A DNA stretch of 62,314 nucleotides, filler included. It is 7 parts of 7 records of this genome, joined end to end, with 100 filler letters (N's around TTAATTAATTAA, not from the genome) between each part and the next. Parts side by side here need not be neighbours in the genome. Positions count along the whole stretch, not along the records: positions 38,915 to 56,364 come from DRR723986_10051; positions 56,465 to 62,314 come from DRR723986_10067; 5 more parts are not named here. One strand, written 5' to 3'. The notes under the pieces are model-generated. The model made no database searches. It saw only the letters and a list, made by a program, of their open reading frames with translations, and had not been told where the DNA came from. Shown piece by piece: positions 53,311 to 62,314 of the stretch (within the stretch, counting starts at the first letter, position 1; each line of letters opens with the position of its first letter). A program made the position numbers and the translations under genes.

Positions 53311-55221
53311 ATGGAACCCAACGGGCTGGTTTTGACGGCACCGCACCCCCGCATTTTTGCACCACTCTGGGCATTTATGCGCCTGTGCCTGTTTTTGCTT
53401 TGCACCTACCCCTTGTCCATCACGCCCCTGCACGCGCAGGAAAAGATCATTCGCGCGCATGGGTTATCGGCCTTTGGCGAGCTGAAATACCCCGAAGGTT
53501 TCGCGCATTTCGATTACGTAAACCCAACAGCGCCCAAGGGCGGCACGTTTTCCACCTGGGCTTTTGGCACGTTTGACAGCCTGTCGCCCTATATTTTGAA
53601 AGGCAATGCCGCAGCCGGATCTACGGTGTTTTTCGACAGTTTGATGACCGCCACGCTAGACGAGCCTGACGCGATGTATGGGCTGGTGGCCCATAGCGTG
53701 GAATACCCAGAAAGCCGGGAATGGGTGATCTTTCACATGCGCCCCGAGGCGCGGTTTTGGGATGGCACGCCGCTGACGGCGCAGGATGTGGTTTTTTCCG
53801 TCGATATCCTGCGCGACAAGGGACAGCCTGTTTACAAGGTGGTTTTGAAAGATTTCCAAAAGGTCGAGGCACTGGATGATCACACAGTGAAATTCACCTT
53901 TGCCCCCGATGGCCCTTTGCGCGAATTGCCGATGACCGCCGCAGGCCTGCCGATTTTCTCGCGCGCCTATTACGCCACCCGCGATTTTGCCGAATCAACC
54001 CTGGATGCCCCCATGGGATCTGGGCCCTATATGCTGGATGAGGTGATTTCAGGCTCCAGCGTCACCTATAAGCGCAACCCCGATTATTGGGCCAAGGATT
54101 TGAACGTTGTGGTGGGGCACAATAATTTCGATTTGCTGAAAATCGAATATTTTGCCGATTACACCACCGCCTTCGAGGCCTTCAAAGCGGGCGCTTATTC
54201 GTTCCGCGAAGAATTCATGTCGCTGATCTGGGCCACCGGCTATGATTTCCCGGCTGTGCAAAAAGGCTGGGTAAAGGTGGAAACCCTGGCCGATGGCCGC
54301 CCGGCGGGCACGCAAGGCTGGTGGTTCAACCTGCGCCGCCCGGTGTTTCAGGATGCGCGCGTGCGCGAGGCCATCGGCATGGCGTTTAATTTCGAATGGT
54401 CCAACGAAAGCCTGTTTTACGGGCTTTATTCGCGCACCGATAGTTTTTGGGAAAATTCGCCCATGCAGGCCAAGGGCCTGCCCGACGCGGCGGAACTGGC
54501 CCTGCTGGAACCGCTGCGCGCCGATCTGCCCGAGGCAGTTTTCACCCAAGAGGCATGGGTGCCAGCCGTCTCGTCGCCCGACCGCGTGGCCGACCGGCGC
54601 ACCCTGCGCCAGGCGGGCAAGCTGCTGGACGAGGCAGGCTGGGTTGTGGGCGCTGATGGTATTCGCGTGAATGCGGCGGGTGAAAAGCTGCAGATCGAGT
54701 TTTTGAACGACAGCCCCAGTTTCGAGCGTATTGTGAACCCTTATGTTGAAAATCTGGGGCGTTTGGGCATTGCGGTCAAAACCGAGCGGGTTGAAAACGC
54801 GCAGGCGCAAGAGCGCGAGAAAAAATTTGATTTCGATATCACCACGCGCCGCTATTCCATGTCGCAAACCCCAGGGGCGGAATTGCGGGCAATGTTTGGC
54901 TCGGAAACCGCGGGGGTAGAGGGGTCGAACAACATCGCCGGTGTGGCCAACCCCGCCGTCGATGCGCTGATCCGCCATGTGGAAAACGCCACCAACCGTG
55001 ACGAGCTGACAGTGGCGGTTAAAGCGCTGGACAGGGTGCTGCGCGCGCTGCATATCTGGGTGCCGCAATGGTACAAGCCCGTGCATAACATTGCCTATTT
55101 TGATATGTTCGAGCGCCCATATACCGATACGCCGCCGCCCAGTTCGCTGGGGGAAAGCGCGATTTGGTGGTTTAACCCAGCAAAAGCCGAGGCGCTGCGC
55201 GCCGCCGGCGCCTTGCGCTAG
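53311..55221 (+). CDS. yejA: Peptide ABC transporter substrate-binding protein (YejA-like)
   Basis: FAHFDYVNPTAPKGG, GSGPY, followed by yejB. Confidence 0.85.
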   Translation: MEPNGLVLTAPHPRIFAPLWAFMRLCLFLLCTYPLSITPLHAQEKIIRAHGLSAFGELKYPEGFAHFDYVNPTAPKGGTFSTWAFGTFDSLSPYILKGNAAAGSTVFFDSLMTATLDEPDAMYGLVAHSVEYPESREWVIFHMRPEARFWDGTPLTAQDVVFSVDILRDKGQPVYKVVLKDFQKVEALDDHTVKFTFAPDGPLRELPMTAAGLPIFSRAYYATRDFAESTLDAPMGSGPYMLDEVISGSSVTYKRNPDYWAKDLNVVVGHNNFDLLKIEYFADYTTAFEAFKAGAYSFREEFMSLIWATGYDFPAVQKGWVKVETLADGRPAGTQGWWFNLRRPVFQDARVREAIGMAFNFEWSNESLFYGLYSRTDSFWENSPMQAKGLPDAAELALLEPLRADLPEAVFTQEAWVPAVSSPDRVADRRTLRQAGKLLDEAGWVVGADGIRVNAAGEKLQIEFLNDSPSFERIVNPYVENLGRLGIAVKTERVENAQAQEREKKFDFDITTRRYSMSQTPGAELRAMFGSETAGVEGSNNIAGVANPAVDALIRHVENATNRDELTVAVKALDRVLRALHIWVPQWYKPVHNIAYFDMFERPYTDTPPPSSLGESAIWWFNPAKAEALRAAGALR

Positions 55222-55234
55222 GGGGCATTGCTGA

Positions 55235-56323
55235 ATGGGCGCCTATATATTTCGGCGATTGCTGCTGATCGTGCCCACCTTGCTGGGGATCATGGTGATC
55301 AATTTTGCGCTGGTGCAATTTGTGCCGGGTGGCCCGATTGAACAAGTGCTGGCCCAGATGCAGGGCCAGGGCGATGTGTTCGAGGGCTTTGCCGGTGGCG
55401 GCGATGCGGCGGTGGGCGGTGCGGCGGGCGCCGATGACAGCGGCTATGCCGGGGCGCGTGGTCTGCCCCCCGAATTTATCGCCGAGCTAGAGCGCGAGTT
55501 TGGGTTTGATAAACCCCCGCTAGAGCGGTTTTTGACGATGATCTGGAACTATATGCGCCTTGATTTTGGCGAAAGCTATTTCCGGTCGATCTCGGTCATT
55601 GATCTGATTTTGGAAAAAATGCCGGTCAGCATCACGCTGGGCCTGTGGTCGACCTTGATTGCCTATCTTGTGTCTATCCCGCTGGGCATCCGCAAGGCTG
55701 TGCGCGATGGCACCCCCTTTGATACATGGACAAGCGGGCTGATTATTGTGGCCTATGCCATCCCCGGTTTTTTGTTTGCCATTTTGCTGTTGGTCTTGTT
55801 TGCAGGTGGCTCTTATCTGCAGATCTTCCCGCTGCGGGGGCTGACCAGCGATAATTGGCACGAATTGGGCCTATGGGCCAAAATAGGCGATTATTTCTGG
55901 CATATCGCGCTGCCTGTCACCGCCTCGACCATTTCGGCCTTTGCCACGCTGACGCTGCTGACCAAAAACAGCTTTCTGGACGAGATCAAGAAACACTATG
56001 TCATGACCGCGCGCGCCAAGGGCCTAAGCCCGCGGCAGGTGCTTTACGGGCACGTCTTTCGCAATGCCATGCTGATTGTGATTGCAGGCTTTCCAGCGGT
56101 GTTTGTGGGGGTGTTTTTTGGCGGCTCGATCATTATCGAGACAATCTTCAGCCTAGATGGGCTGGGGCGGCTGGGGTTCGAGGCGGCAGTGGCACGCGAT
56201 TACCCGGTGATCTTTGGCACGCTGTTCATTTTCGGCCTGATCGGGCTGTTGGTGGGCATATTGTCTGATTTGATGTATGTGCTGGTAGATCCGCGCATCG
56301 ATTTTGAACGGCGCGAGGGCTAG
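55235..56323 (+). CDS. yejB: Peptide ABC transporter permease
   Basis: [28 protein letters not shown]. Confidence 0.92.
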   Translation: MGAYIFRRLLLIVPTLLGIMVINFALVQFVPGGPIEQVLAQMQGQGDVFEGFAGGGDAAVGGAAGADDSGYAGARGLPPEFIAELEREFGFDKPPLERFLTMIWNYMRLDFGESYFRSISVIDLILEKMPVSITLGLWSTLIAYLVSIPLGIRKAVRDGTPFDTWTSGLIIVAYAIPGFLFAILLLVLFAGGSYLQIFPLRGLTSDNWHELGLWAKIGDYFWHIALPVTASTISAFATLTLLTKNSFLDEIKKHYVMTARAKGLSPRQVLYGHVFRNAMLIVIAGFPAVFVGVFFGGSIIIETIFSLDGLGRLGFEAAVARDYPVIFGTLFIFGLIGLLVGILSDLMYVLVDPRIDFERREG

Positions 56324-56325
56324 GC

Positions 56326-56364
56326 ATGGCGCTATCCCCCCTGAACCAGCGCCGCTGGCGCAAT
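56326..56364 (+). CDS. yejE: Start of the second ABC permease, truncated
   Basis: MALSPLNQRRWRN directly after yejB. Confidence 0.8.
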
Positions 56365-56464
56365 NNNNNNNNNNNNNNNNNNNNNNNNNNNNNNNNNNNN
56401 NNNNNNNNTTAATTAATTAANNNNNNNNNNNNNNNNNNNNNNNNNNNNNNNNNNNNNNNNNNNN
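56365..56464. other. Artificial contig linker
   Basis: N-TTAATTAATTAA-N. Confidence 0.99.
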
Positions 56465-56852
56465 AGCCCTAAGGGCTCGACCCGGTAGCTGAAATCCAAG
56501 AATTCAAAATTCGCTGCGATTTTCCTGAAAATATTCCCGCTAAACTAATTTTGCGTGCACTTGAGACTCTTGGCCTTGTTTCTTTACAAATCAGTTAACT
56601 TGCGCGATCCAAGCCACCTTACTGCAAAAATGCGCATAACATTCAGCTGGATTTTTGTTGATTATTTGCCGTCTCGGTTTTTGGACACCTCGCGTAAGCG
56701 CACTTGGGCTTACGTGTCACACATCAACTGCCGACGCAGTGATTAACAAAAAGAAAAAGCTAGCCACCAAATGATAATGCGGGGGGCGCGGCGATGCCTT
56801 TAATCAAGCCTGAATTCCCTGAGCCTAAAAACGAGAAATCGATCGCCTGAAA

Positions 56853-57320
56853 TCAATTATCCTGCGCACCTTCAGTAATCCACAGGCGGAAAATTGCAAT
56901 GTCGCTGGGTGAAAGTTGATCGCGGAGGCGTGGCATTGTTTCTCCGCTGATCTGAGGTGCATTCTCGAGTTTCCAGATGAAATAACTGTCGTCCGGATTG
57001 CCGCGCACAACGGCGCACATGTTAAGTTCCTCAGCTTGCGGACCGGCCTTCAGAATGTCATCGGCATTTAACACATTGTAGGCGTGTGCTCCACCGTGGC
57101 AATAGATTGAAGCACAACCATGCTGGCGTAACAATGGTTTAATGTCGCGCTTAAATGATACCGTGGCAGGTGGAAATAGGTCCGGGTCAAGCGCACTTAC
57201 ACAAGGGTCGATATCGGGAAGTACTATCGGCGATTCGCTACTTTCGTCGTCGCAGGCCAGAATGAAAATTGACAGTGCCAGCAGTAGCAGAGTCAGAGGG
57301 AAGGGTAGGACTGTGCGCAT
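56853..57320 (-). CDS. Lipoprotein with cytochrome c-like domain (CX4CH)
   Basis: Lipobox ILAC; VSFKRDIKPLL..CASIYCH..VVRGNPDDS..MP..WITEGA. Confidence 0.7.
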   Translation of the reverse strand: MRTVLPFPLTLLLLALSIFILACDDESSESPIVLPDIDPCVSALDPDLFPPATVSFKRDIKPLLRQHGCASIYCHGGAHAYNVLNADDILKAGPQAEELNMCAVVRGNPDDSYFIWKLENAPQISGETMPRLRDQLSPSDIAIFRLWITEGAQDN

Positions 57321-57364
57321 ATTGATTCAAAACGTGCCGCCTTGTTAAGAGACGGCACGCCCAA

Positions 57365-57434
57365 AAAAAGTTAACAACAAAAAGCTAACAGCCAATAGTC
57401 AATTACCAGAAGTTAACAGCCAGAAGTTGACGGC
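57365..57434. repeat. Degenerate 14-bp tandem repeat x5
   Basis: AAAAAGTTAACAAC / AAAAAGCTAACAGC / CAATAGTCAATTAC / CAGAAGTTAACAGC / CAGAAGTTGACGGC. Confidence 0.7.
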
Positions 57435-57436
57435 AG

Positions 57437-58234
57437 TTAACGCATGACCATGTCGCCAAGTGTAATCGTCATTTCCCCGGTAGTGGCGTCTGTATTAACA
57501 CTATATGTGGTTGGATAATAACCACTGAATTGGTACGCCGTCGGCAGAGACATGTCTTGTGTGAAGTTTGGACCAGTGGCCAGATATGCGTTAGTCACCA
57601 TTGGTTCGATAAATGTAAAGACACCGTCATACGAACCCCAGATCAGGATTTCCTCAAAATTGCCCTGGAAGGCAGAGTTTGTGCGGTCTGTCCAGTGCAA
57701 ACCCATTCCTGGAATACCGATAAAACCAACATTCGGTACAAAGTCTTCCTGGTAATTCGGTGGGCGGAACTCCTCGCCTGGCAAATTTGCAATTTTATCT
57801 GCGTCGGATTCATCGGCCGTGATAGCTTCGCGTTCTGCGCTGCTTGTCATATAAAAGTGGAAGTCAAAGTGTGGCTGGTTAAACACACCCTGTGGATCGT
57901 GCCCGTGTGGATTCCAGTTAAAGTAGAGATGTTTAAACACAGTCGCTGAAGCCTCAGCGGGCATGTCGATAACCCAAGACTGGTCGTCGGCCGGTAAATT
58001 GTTTAGTGTCTCAGCACTAAGTGTCATGCCTACCGCAGTCGGATTGCCGTCTTCATCCAGCGTAACCCAGGTGCGACCAACACCGTCACCGAGGTCAATA
58101 TCCGTGGCATAAAATGTGCCGGCCTGTGAAACCGGATCGTCGTCATCATCATCGTCACAGCCGACAATGCAGAGCGGAAGGACAATTGCAGCAAGCAAAG
58201 TTTTGCGTACAAACATTGAGTAGAATTTAGGCAT
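57437..58234 (-). CDS. Lipoprotein, DUF5602-like His-rich domain
   Basis: Lipobox IVGC; NWNPHGH, PHFDFHFY, PGMGLHW, FIEPM. Confidence 0.75.
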   Translation of the reverse strand: MPKFYSMFVRKTLLAAIVLPLCIVGCDDDDDDDPVSQAGTFYATDIDLGDGVGRTWVTLDEDGNPTAVGMTLSAETLNNLPADDQSWVIDMPAEASATVFKHLYFNWNPHGHDPQGVFNQPHFDFHFYMTSSAEREAITADESDADKIANLPGEEFRPPNYQEDFVPNVGFIGIPGMGLHWTDRTNSAFQGNFEEILIWGSYDGVFTFIEPMVTNAYLATGPNFTQDMSLPTAYQFSGYYPTTYSVNTDATTGEMTITLGDMVMR

Positions 58235-58483
58235 TTGTTAATCCTAAAAAAAACATGGGGAGATCACATGAACTGATTGTATGTATAGCTAGAAATCACA
58301 AGCAAATGAATTCCGAACTAGATTGAAATTATAGAGCAGAAACCGCGAAAAGGAGCATGAATAAATCAAGAGCAGAGTCGCAGAGCATCCTTCGTTTGCA
58401 AGATGCTAATATACAGCATTTTGTGGAATTCAACAGGACAACACATTTGATTGCGGACCTAAGCCGGAAGGTATGTTACGACT

Positions 58484-59107
58484 CTACTTGCGCACAAAGT
58501 GATAAGGCCCGTCGGTAGCGCCCCAAACCTGTTCGTTTTCTGTATTATAGCCGCGATCCCAGGACCAGAGTTCGCCTTGTTTAAGTGTTACTTCGGTCGT
58601 GACGTAGGCCGCGTCACCAAAGGTGCCTTCACATTCGCCCTTGACAGTTGAGCCTATGTAGCCGTTTTTACCGTCAGGCCGCAAAATCACACCACAGCCC
58701 TTGCGCACGATAAGGGAGTCGGGAGTAATCTGACTGAAAATTTCGGCGTCGGAATCCAGGCCAATAAATCGCGCAGGTTCCGGCAGGGAATAGATGTCAC
58801 TGCGGATATTGCCGTCGTCGGTGATGTGAATATGATAGATGCGCTGGCGATAGGGGGCCTCAAGTTTGCTGGCCAGCGCCTGCTCCACGTAGATCCAATG
58901 GCCGTCACGCCGCGTTTCCCAGATAGGGCATGAAACTAAACTGATGTTGTAATAGTTGGTATCGGCCTTGGCCTGTGCTTCGCTGTCAAAATTGCCGATC
59001 AGCAGGCGAGCCACCTGTTCGGCGTGGCTGGGGCCGCGCGATTCCAGGTTGGTGCCGGTGGCGAGGATCAGGACCCAAAAAACGGAGAATATGAGGCGCA
59101 TTTGCAT
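58484..59107 (-). CDS. CpcT/CpeT chromophore-lyase-like protein with signal peptide
   Basis: GNFDSEAQA, YVEQA, PYRQRIY, SWDRG..QVWG..GPY. Confidence 0.85.
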   Translation of the reverse strand: MQMRLIFSVFWVLILATGTNLESRGPSHAEQVARLLIGNFDSEAQAKADTNYYNISLVSCPIWETRRDGHWIYVEQALASKLEAPYRQRIYHIHITDDGNIRSDIYSLPEPARFIGLDSDAEIFSQITPDSLIVRKGCGVILRPDGKNGYIGSTVKGECEGTFGDAAYVTTEVTLKQGELWSWDRGYNTENEQVWGATDGPYHFVRK

Positions 59108-59299
59108 TGGATTGTTTACCGCTGTAATGTTGCTGGGGACTAATTGATGGGAAATTTACACTCTTTGCAGGATTTTTGCGTATGCGAACCTGAAAAATTG
59201 ATGTAATCCGCCCCCACATTAACCGGCACAGTCTGACGGCCTGACAAGGTATGATCCTTGCAGAAATGCGGCGTCCCGAACACGAACTGGAGAGAAAAT

Positions 59300-60217
59300 A
59301 TGCTTTCAAGACGACAATTTATCAAGCTCGGAGTTGGCGCCGGCATCGGTGGTTTTGCAGCTTTGTCACTGAATAAAGGCTCAGTTTTTGCGCAGGCGCA
59401 ATCCGACTTGCTGCTGCCGCTACGTGGCAATGTCGGGACTTTTTCGCAGAAGGGCGGCACGATTGCCTGGCTGGACAGCAAGGACGGCCTGGTAGTTGTT
59501 GACACGCAGTTCCCGGATAGCGCCGGCGTGTTTTGGGAGCAGATAGCCAAGGGCGGTGCACGCAAAATCGACCTGCTGATGAACACACATCACCACGGCG
59601 ACCACACTGGCGGAATGGGCGTGCTCAAACCACATGCCCTGCGCAGTGTAGCCCAAAAAAATGTGCCGGACCTGCAGCGCAAACAAATGCAGCAGCGCGG
59701 AATCGAAGGTGATGCCATAACGGCCGACGAGCTGTTTGACAGCGAGTGGAGCGCCGAGATTGGCGGCGAAACCGTGCACGCCAAACACTATGGCAATGGC
59801 CACACCGCCGGTGACGCGGTGATTCACTTTCAGGAGGCCGACGTAGTGCATATGGGCGATCTGGTGTTTAACAGAATGCCCGCATTTATCGATCGTCCGG
59901 CGGGCGCAAACATCCAGGGCTGGATTGAACGCATGGAGACGGTGCACGCCAACTTCAGCGATTCGACGGCATTTGTGTATGGCCACGGCAATCCCAAGTA
60001 CGGTATAACGGGTGGCCGCGCGGACCTGCTGGTAATGCGCGACTTCTTAACGGGACTGCTGGATTACACCCGCAAAGGTATTGCTGCGGGCACGTCCAAG
60101 GACGACCTGGCGCGCATCGAAAAACTGCCCGGTTTTGAGGAGCACTTTGTGGCCAGTTGGGTAACGGCAATTCCGATGAATGTGGCGGCGGCCTACGAGG
60201 AACTGCAGGGCGAATGA
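59300..60217 (+). CDS. Tat-exported metallo-beta-lactamase-fold hydrolase
   Basis: SRRQFIK twin-arginine signal; THHHGDHTGG, GHTAGD, GDL, GHG. Confidence 0.9.
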   Translation: MLSRRQFIKLGVGAGIGGFAALSLNKGSVFAQAQSDLLLPLRGNVGTFSQKGGTIAWLDSKDGLVVVDTQFPDSAGVFWEQIAKGGARKIDLLMNTHHHGDHTGGMGVLKPHALRSVAQKNVPDLQRKQMQQRGIEGDAITADELFDSEWSAEIGGETVHAKHYGNGHTAGDAVIHFQEADVVHMGDLVFNRMPAFIDRPAGANIQGWIERMETVHANFSDSTAFVYGHGNPKYGITGGRADLLVMRDFLTGLLDYTRKGIAAGTSKDDLARIEKLPGFEEHFVASWVTAIPMNVAAAYEELQGE

Positions 60218-60334
60218 AACGGCGCTACACTTGGCACTTAAAGATGCTGTTGTAGTTCAATTCTTGTGTGTACATTTGTAGGCGGTGTTGTGGAAGCACA
60301 GCATCGCCTTTTAACGTTTAATACAGTGATCGGC

Positions 60335-60967
60335 ATGGCCAAAAAACAGACACCGCCCGAAGCGGAAGACTCGTCGGACTCACTGCGTCCCTGGTTAACC
60401 CGGATCGGCGCGGGCCTGCTGGCAATGATTTTGCTGCGCATGTTTGTGGCGATGTTGTTTGGTCGTGCTGAGCCGGGTGCGGAGATTGACGCCTATCGCG
60501 GTGTGCCCGTTTACAATCAGGTGGAGCTGGATTCGCTTGACAATCCTTTGCATCTGGCGGAAGATGGATTTGTGTATGGCGCAAAATGGGATGCAGATGA
60601 GTTTGTGCGCCGATTTTTCCGCGAGGTCCACGGCAAGGATATCGCCAAGGGATTGCCGTCCGACGGTACGTGGTTTAACGAAAGACTTAAACACGGCAAG
60701 TTTAATCGCACTGTTGGTTTGCAGCAATTCCGCAATGGTGGTGATGAGCCACCACGGACGGGAGACTTAATTGTTTTGCGCTCGGAGACGGATGCGCGCC
60801 TTGGAATTATCTGCGGCATCGAAGAGTTTGATGTTGAGATTATGCGTCAGAACGCCCGCGCAGGTACGCGTACGGTGTTAAGATTGCGCAACGACCGCGA
60901 TGTGTATATTCTGGATGGCGAAGGTGGCGTGCAGGGCTGGCTGCGTCCACGCCTGACGCAGCAGTAA
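60335..60967 (+). CDS. Membrane-anchored CHAP-like domain protein, probably inactive
   Basis: YRGVPVY..YGAKWDADEFVRRF..NGG..PRTGDLIV..RQN..VQGWLR. Confidence 0.65.
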   Translation: MAKKQTPPEAEDSSDSLRPWLTRIGAGLLAMILLRMFVAMLFGRAEPGAEIDAYRGVPVYNQVELDSLDNPLHLAEDGFVYGAKWDADEFVRRFFREVHGKDIAKGLPSDGTWFNERLKHGKFNRTVGLQQFRNGGDEPPRTGDLIVLRSETDARLGIICGIEEFDVEIMRQNARAGTRTVLRLRNDRDVYILDGEGGVQGWLRPRLTQQ

Positions 60968-60977
60968 ACTATAATTT

Positions 60978-62117
60978 ATGGAAGCCGAAGAACTACGCAA
61001 GGTAATACATGTAGACATGGATGCGTTTTATGCGTCCGTGGAACAGCGTGATGACCCGAGTTTGCGTGGCAAGCCTGTGATTGTGGGCGGCAGCCCCGAG
61101 GGCCGCGGTGTTGTGGCCGCAGCAAGTTATGAGGCGCGCAAGTTCGGTATTCGTTCGGCGATGCCTGCCAAGACGGCCGTCAGGCTCTGTCCACAGGCCG
61201 TGTTTGTGCGCACACGTTTTGAGGTTTACCGCGAGGTTTCCTCGCAGATTCGCGCAATTTTCCACGATTACACCGAATTGGTCGAACCACTTTCACTCGA
61301 CGAAGCCTTTTTGGATGTCACCACTGACTTGCGCGGGATAGGCTCCGCTACTTTGATTGCCGAAGATATCCGGCGACGTATCAAAACGGAGTTAAACCTA
61401 ACAGCATCGGCAGGTGTGTCGTTTAACAAGTTTTTGGCCAAAGTCGCCTCAGATTTTAACAAGCCGAACGGCATTAAAATTGTTAAGCCCAGCGAGGCGG
61501 ATGCGTTTATTAACGCCTTAACAATTCGCAAAATTCCGGGTGTCGGCAAGGTCACCGAATCCAAGATGCAGGCTCTGGGTTTACACACTGGCGCGGATAT
61601 GCGTGCCTGGCCGCTCGAAGATCTGGTGCGTCACTTTGGCAAGTCGGGCCGGTACTTCTACAATATTATTCGCGGCATAGATTCGCGGCGTGTCACCCCT
61701 GAGCGCGAGCGCAAATCGATCAGCATGGAGCGCACATTTGCGGTTGACATCAGCGATACGGACGAGATGATTGAGAAGCTGGCGCAGCAGGCACGCAAAC
61801 TCTCGCAGTCCTGTCAGGCCAAAAAGATTGCCGGCCGCACGATTAACTTAAAGATTCGTTACGCCAATTTTGAGACGATCACTCGTGCGCGCAGCATGAA
61901 CCATCTGGTGGACGACGCGCAGACTTTACTTGACGTGGCGCGTGAGCTGCTGTTGCGCAGCGATGCAGGGGAGCGCAAAGTCCGTTTGTTGGGCCTGGGT
62001 TTAAGTGCCCTGGTCGACGATGCTGCCGATCGTGTTTATTATGTACAGCCGCGCCTGCCTTTCATGGACGAGGACGGCGGCGAGTATGACGACCTGCCGG
62101 ATACGGTTCTGGAATAG
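60978..62117 (+). CDS. dinB: DNA polymerase IV
   Basis: HVDMDAFYASVEQRD, SYEARKFG, SLDEAFLD, KVASDFNKPNG. Confidence 0.97.
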   Translation: MEAEELRKVIHVDMDAFYASVEQRDDPSLRGKPVIVGGSPEGRGVVAAASYEARKFGIRSAMPAKTAVRLCPQAVFVRTRFEVYREVSSQIRAIFHDYTELVEPLSLDEAFLDVTTDLRGIGSATLIAEDIRRRIKTELNLTASAGVSFNKFLAKVASDFNKPNGIKIVKPSEADAFINALTIRKIPGVGKVTESKMQALGLHTGADMRAWPLEDLVRHFGKSGRYFYNIIRGIDSRRVTPERERKSISMERTFAVDISDTDEMIEKLAQQARKLSQSCQAKKIAGRTINLKIRYANFETITRARSMNHLVDDAQTLLDVARELLLRSDAGERKVRLLGLGLSALVDDAADRVYYVQPRLPFMDEDGGEYDDLPDTVLE

Positions 62118-62314
62118 AGTCAGCGCATGCCACGGCTTGAGCTAATGCAACCACTCCTTTGTCACGACTTAACAAATGATAATAGTAATTGTTAACATAA
62201 TTGTTGGTCCCGACTTAACATCTTGAGCACTTCGCCCCGCATCCAGCCCCTGCGGTTCTGGTCACGTCGCTTGTTTCATAATCATGTTAGTTCTTGATTC
62301 AAAAACCCCAAGTT

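Noticed and set aside
62172-62190. Fur-box-like AATGATAAT
   Set aside because: Only about 12 of 19 positions match by hand count, and no target gene is visible.

Overview
The window is not one locus. It is seven unrelated contigs joined by 100-nt N/TTAATTAATTAA/N linkers; taxonomic labels are inferred from gene order and protein style. (1) 1-6983, Marinobacter-like gammaproteobacterium: speD, OsmC-family, crp, a PEP-CTERM/vWA protein, a hydrolase, modABC. (2) 7084-12652, gammaproteobacterial sucA-sucB-lpdA-sucC. (3) 12753-25982, Rhodobacteraceae-like ccrM, TetR/cupin, alkB, mutY, DsbA, lpxK, waaA, amino-acid symporter, Lrp, asparaginase. (4) 26083-32004, Marinobacter-like hisAHB, asmA-mutY-yggX, start of a tRNA. 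(5) 32105-38814, Rhodobacteraceae-like RTX protein, ruvX, ccmI, soxBDA. (6) 38915-56364, Rhodobacteraceae-like: a lower-GC island, then dapE, puuD, mutL, rmuC, pheA, cytochrome c, yejABE. (7) 56465-62314, lipoproteins, CpeT-like, MBL, degenerate CHAP, dinB. Most of this is housekeeping. The standout is the island at 38915-42110: a decayed integrase, then an intact Cre-like tyrosine recombinase (40210-41193, minus). It is flanked by two non-coding segments that hand-fold almost end to end into G-U-rich helices on the plus strand (about 190 nt at 39985-40178 and about 750 nt at 41352-42106). I do not recognise either as a known RNA class, so this is a candidate large structured ncRNA linked to a recombinase.
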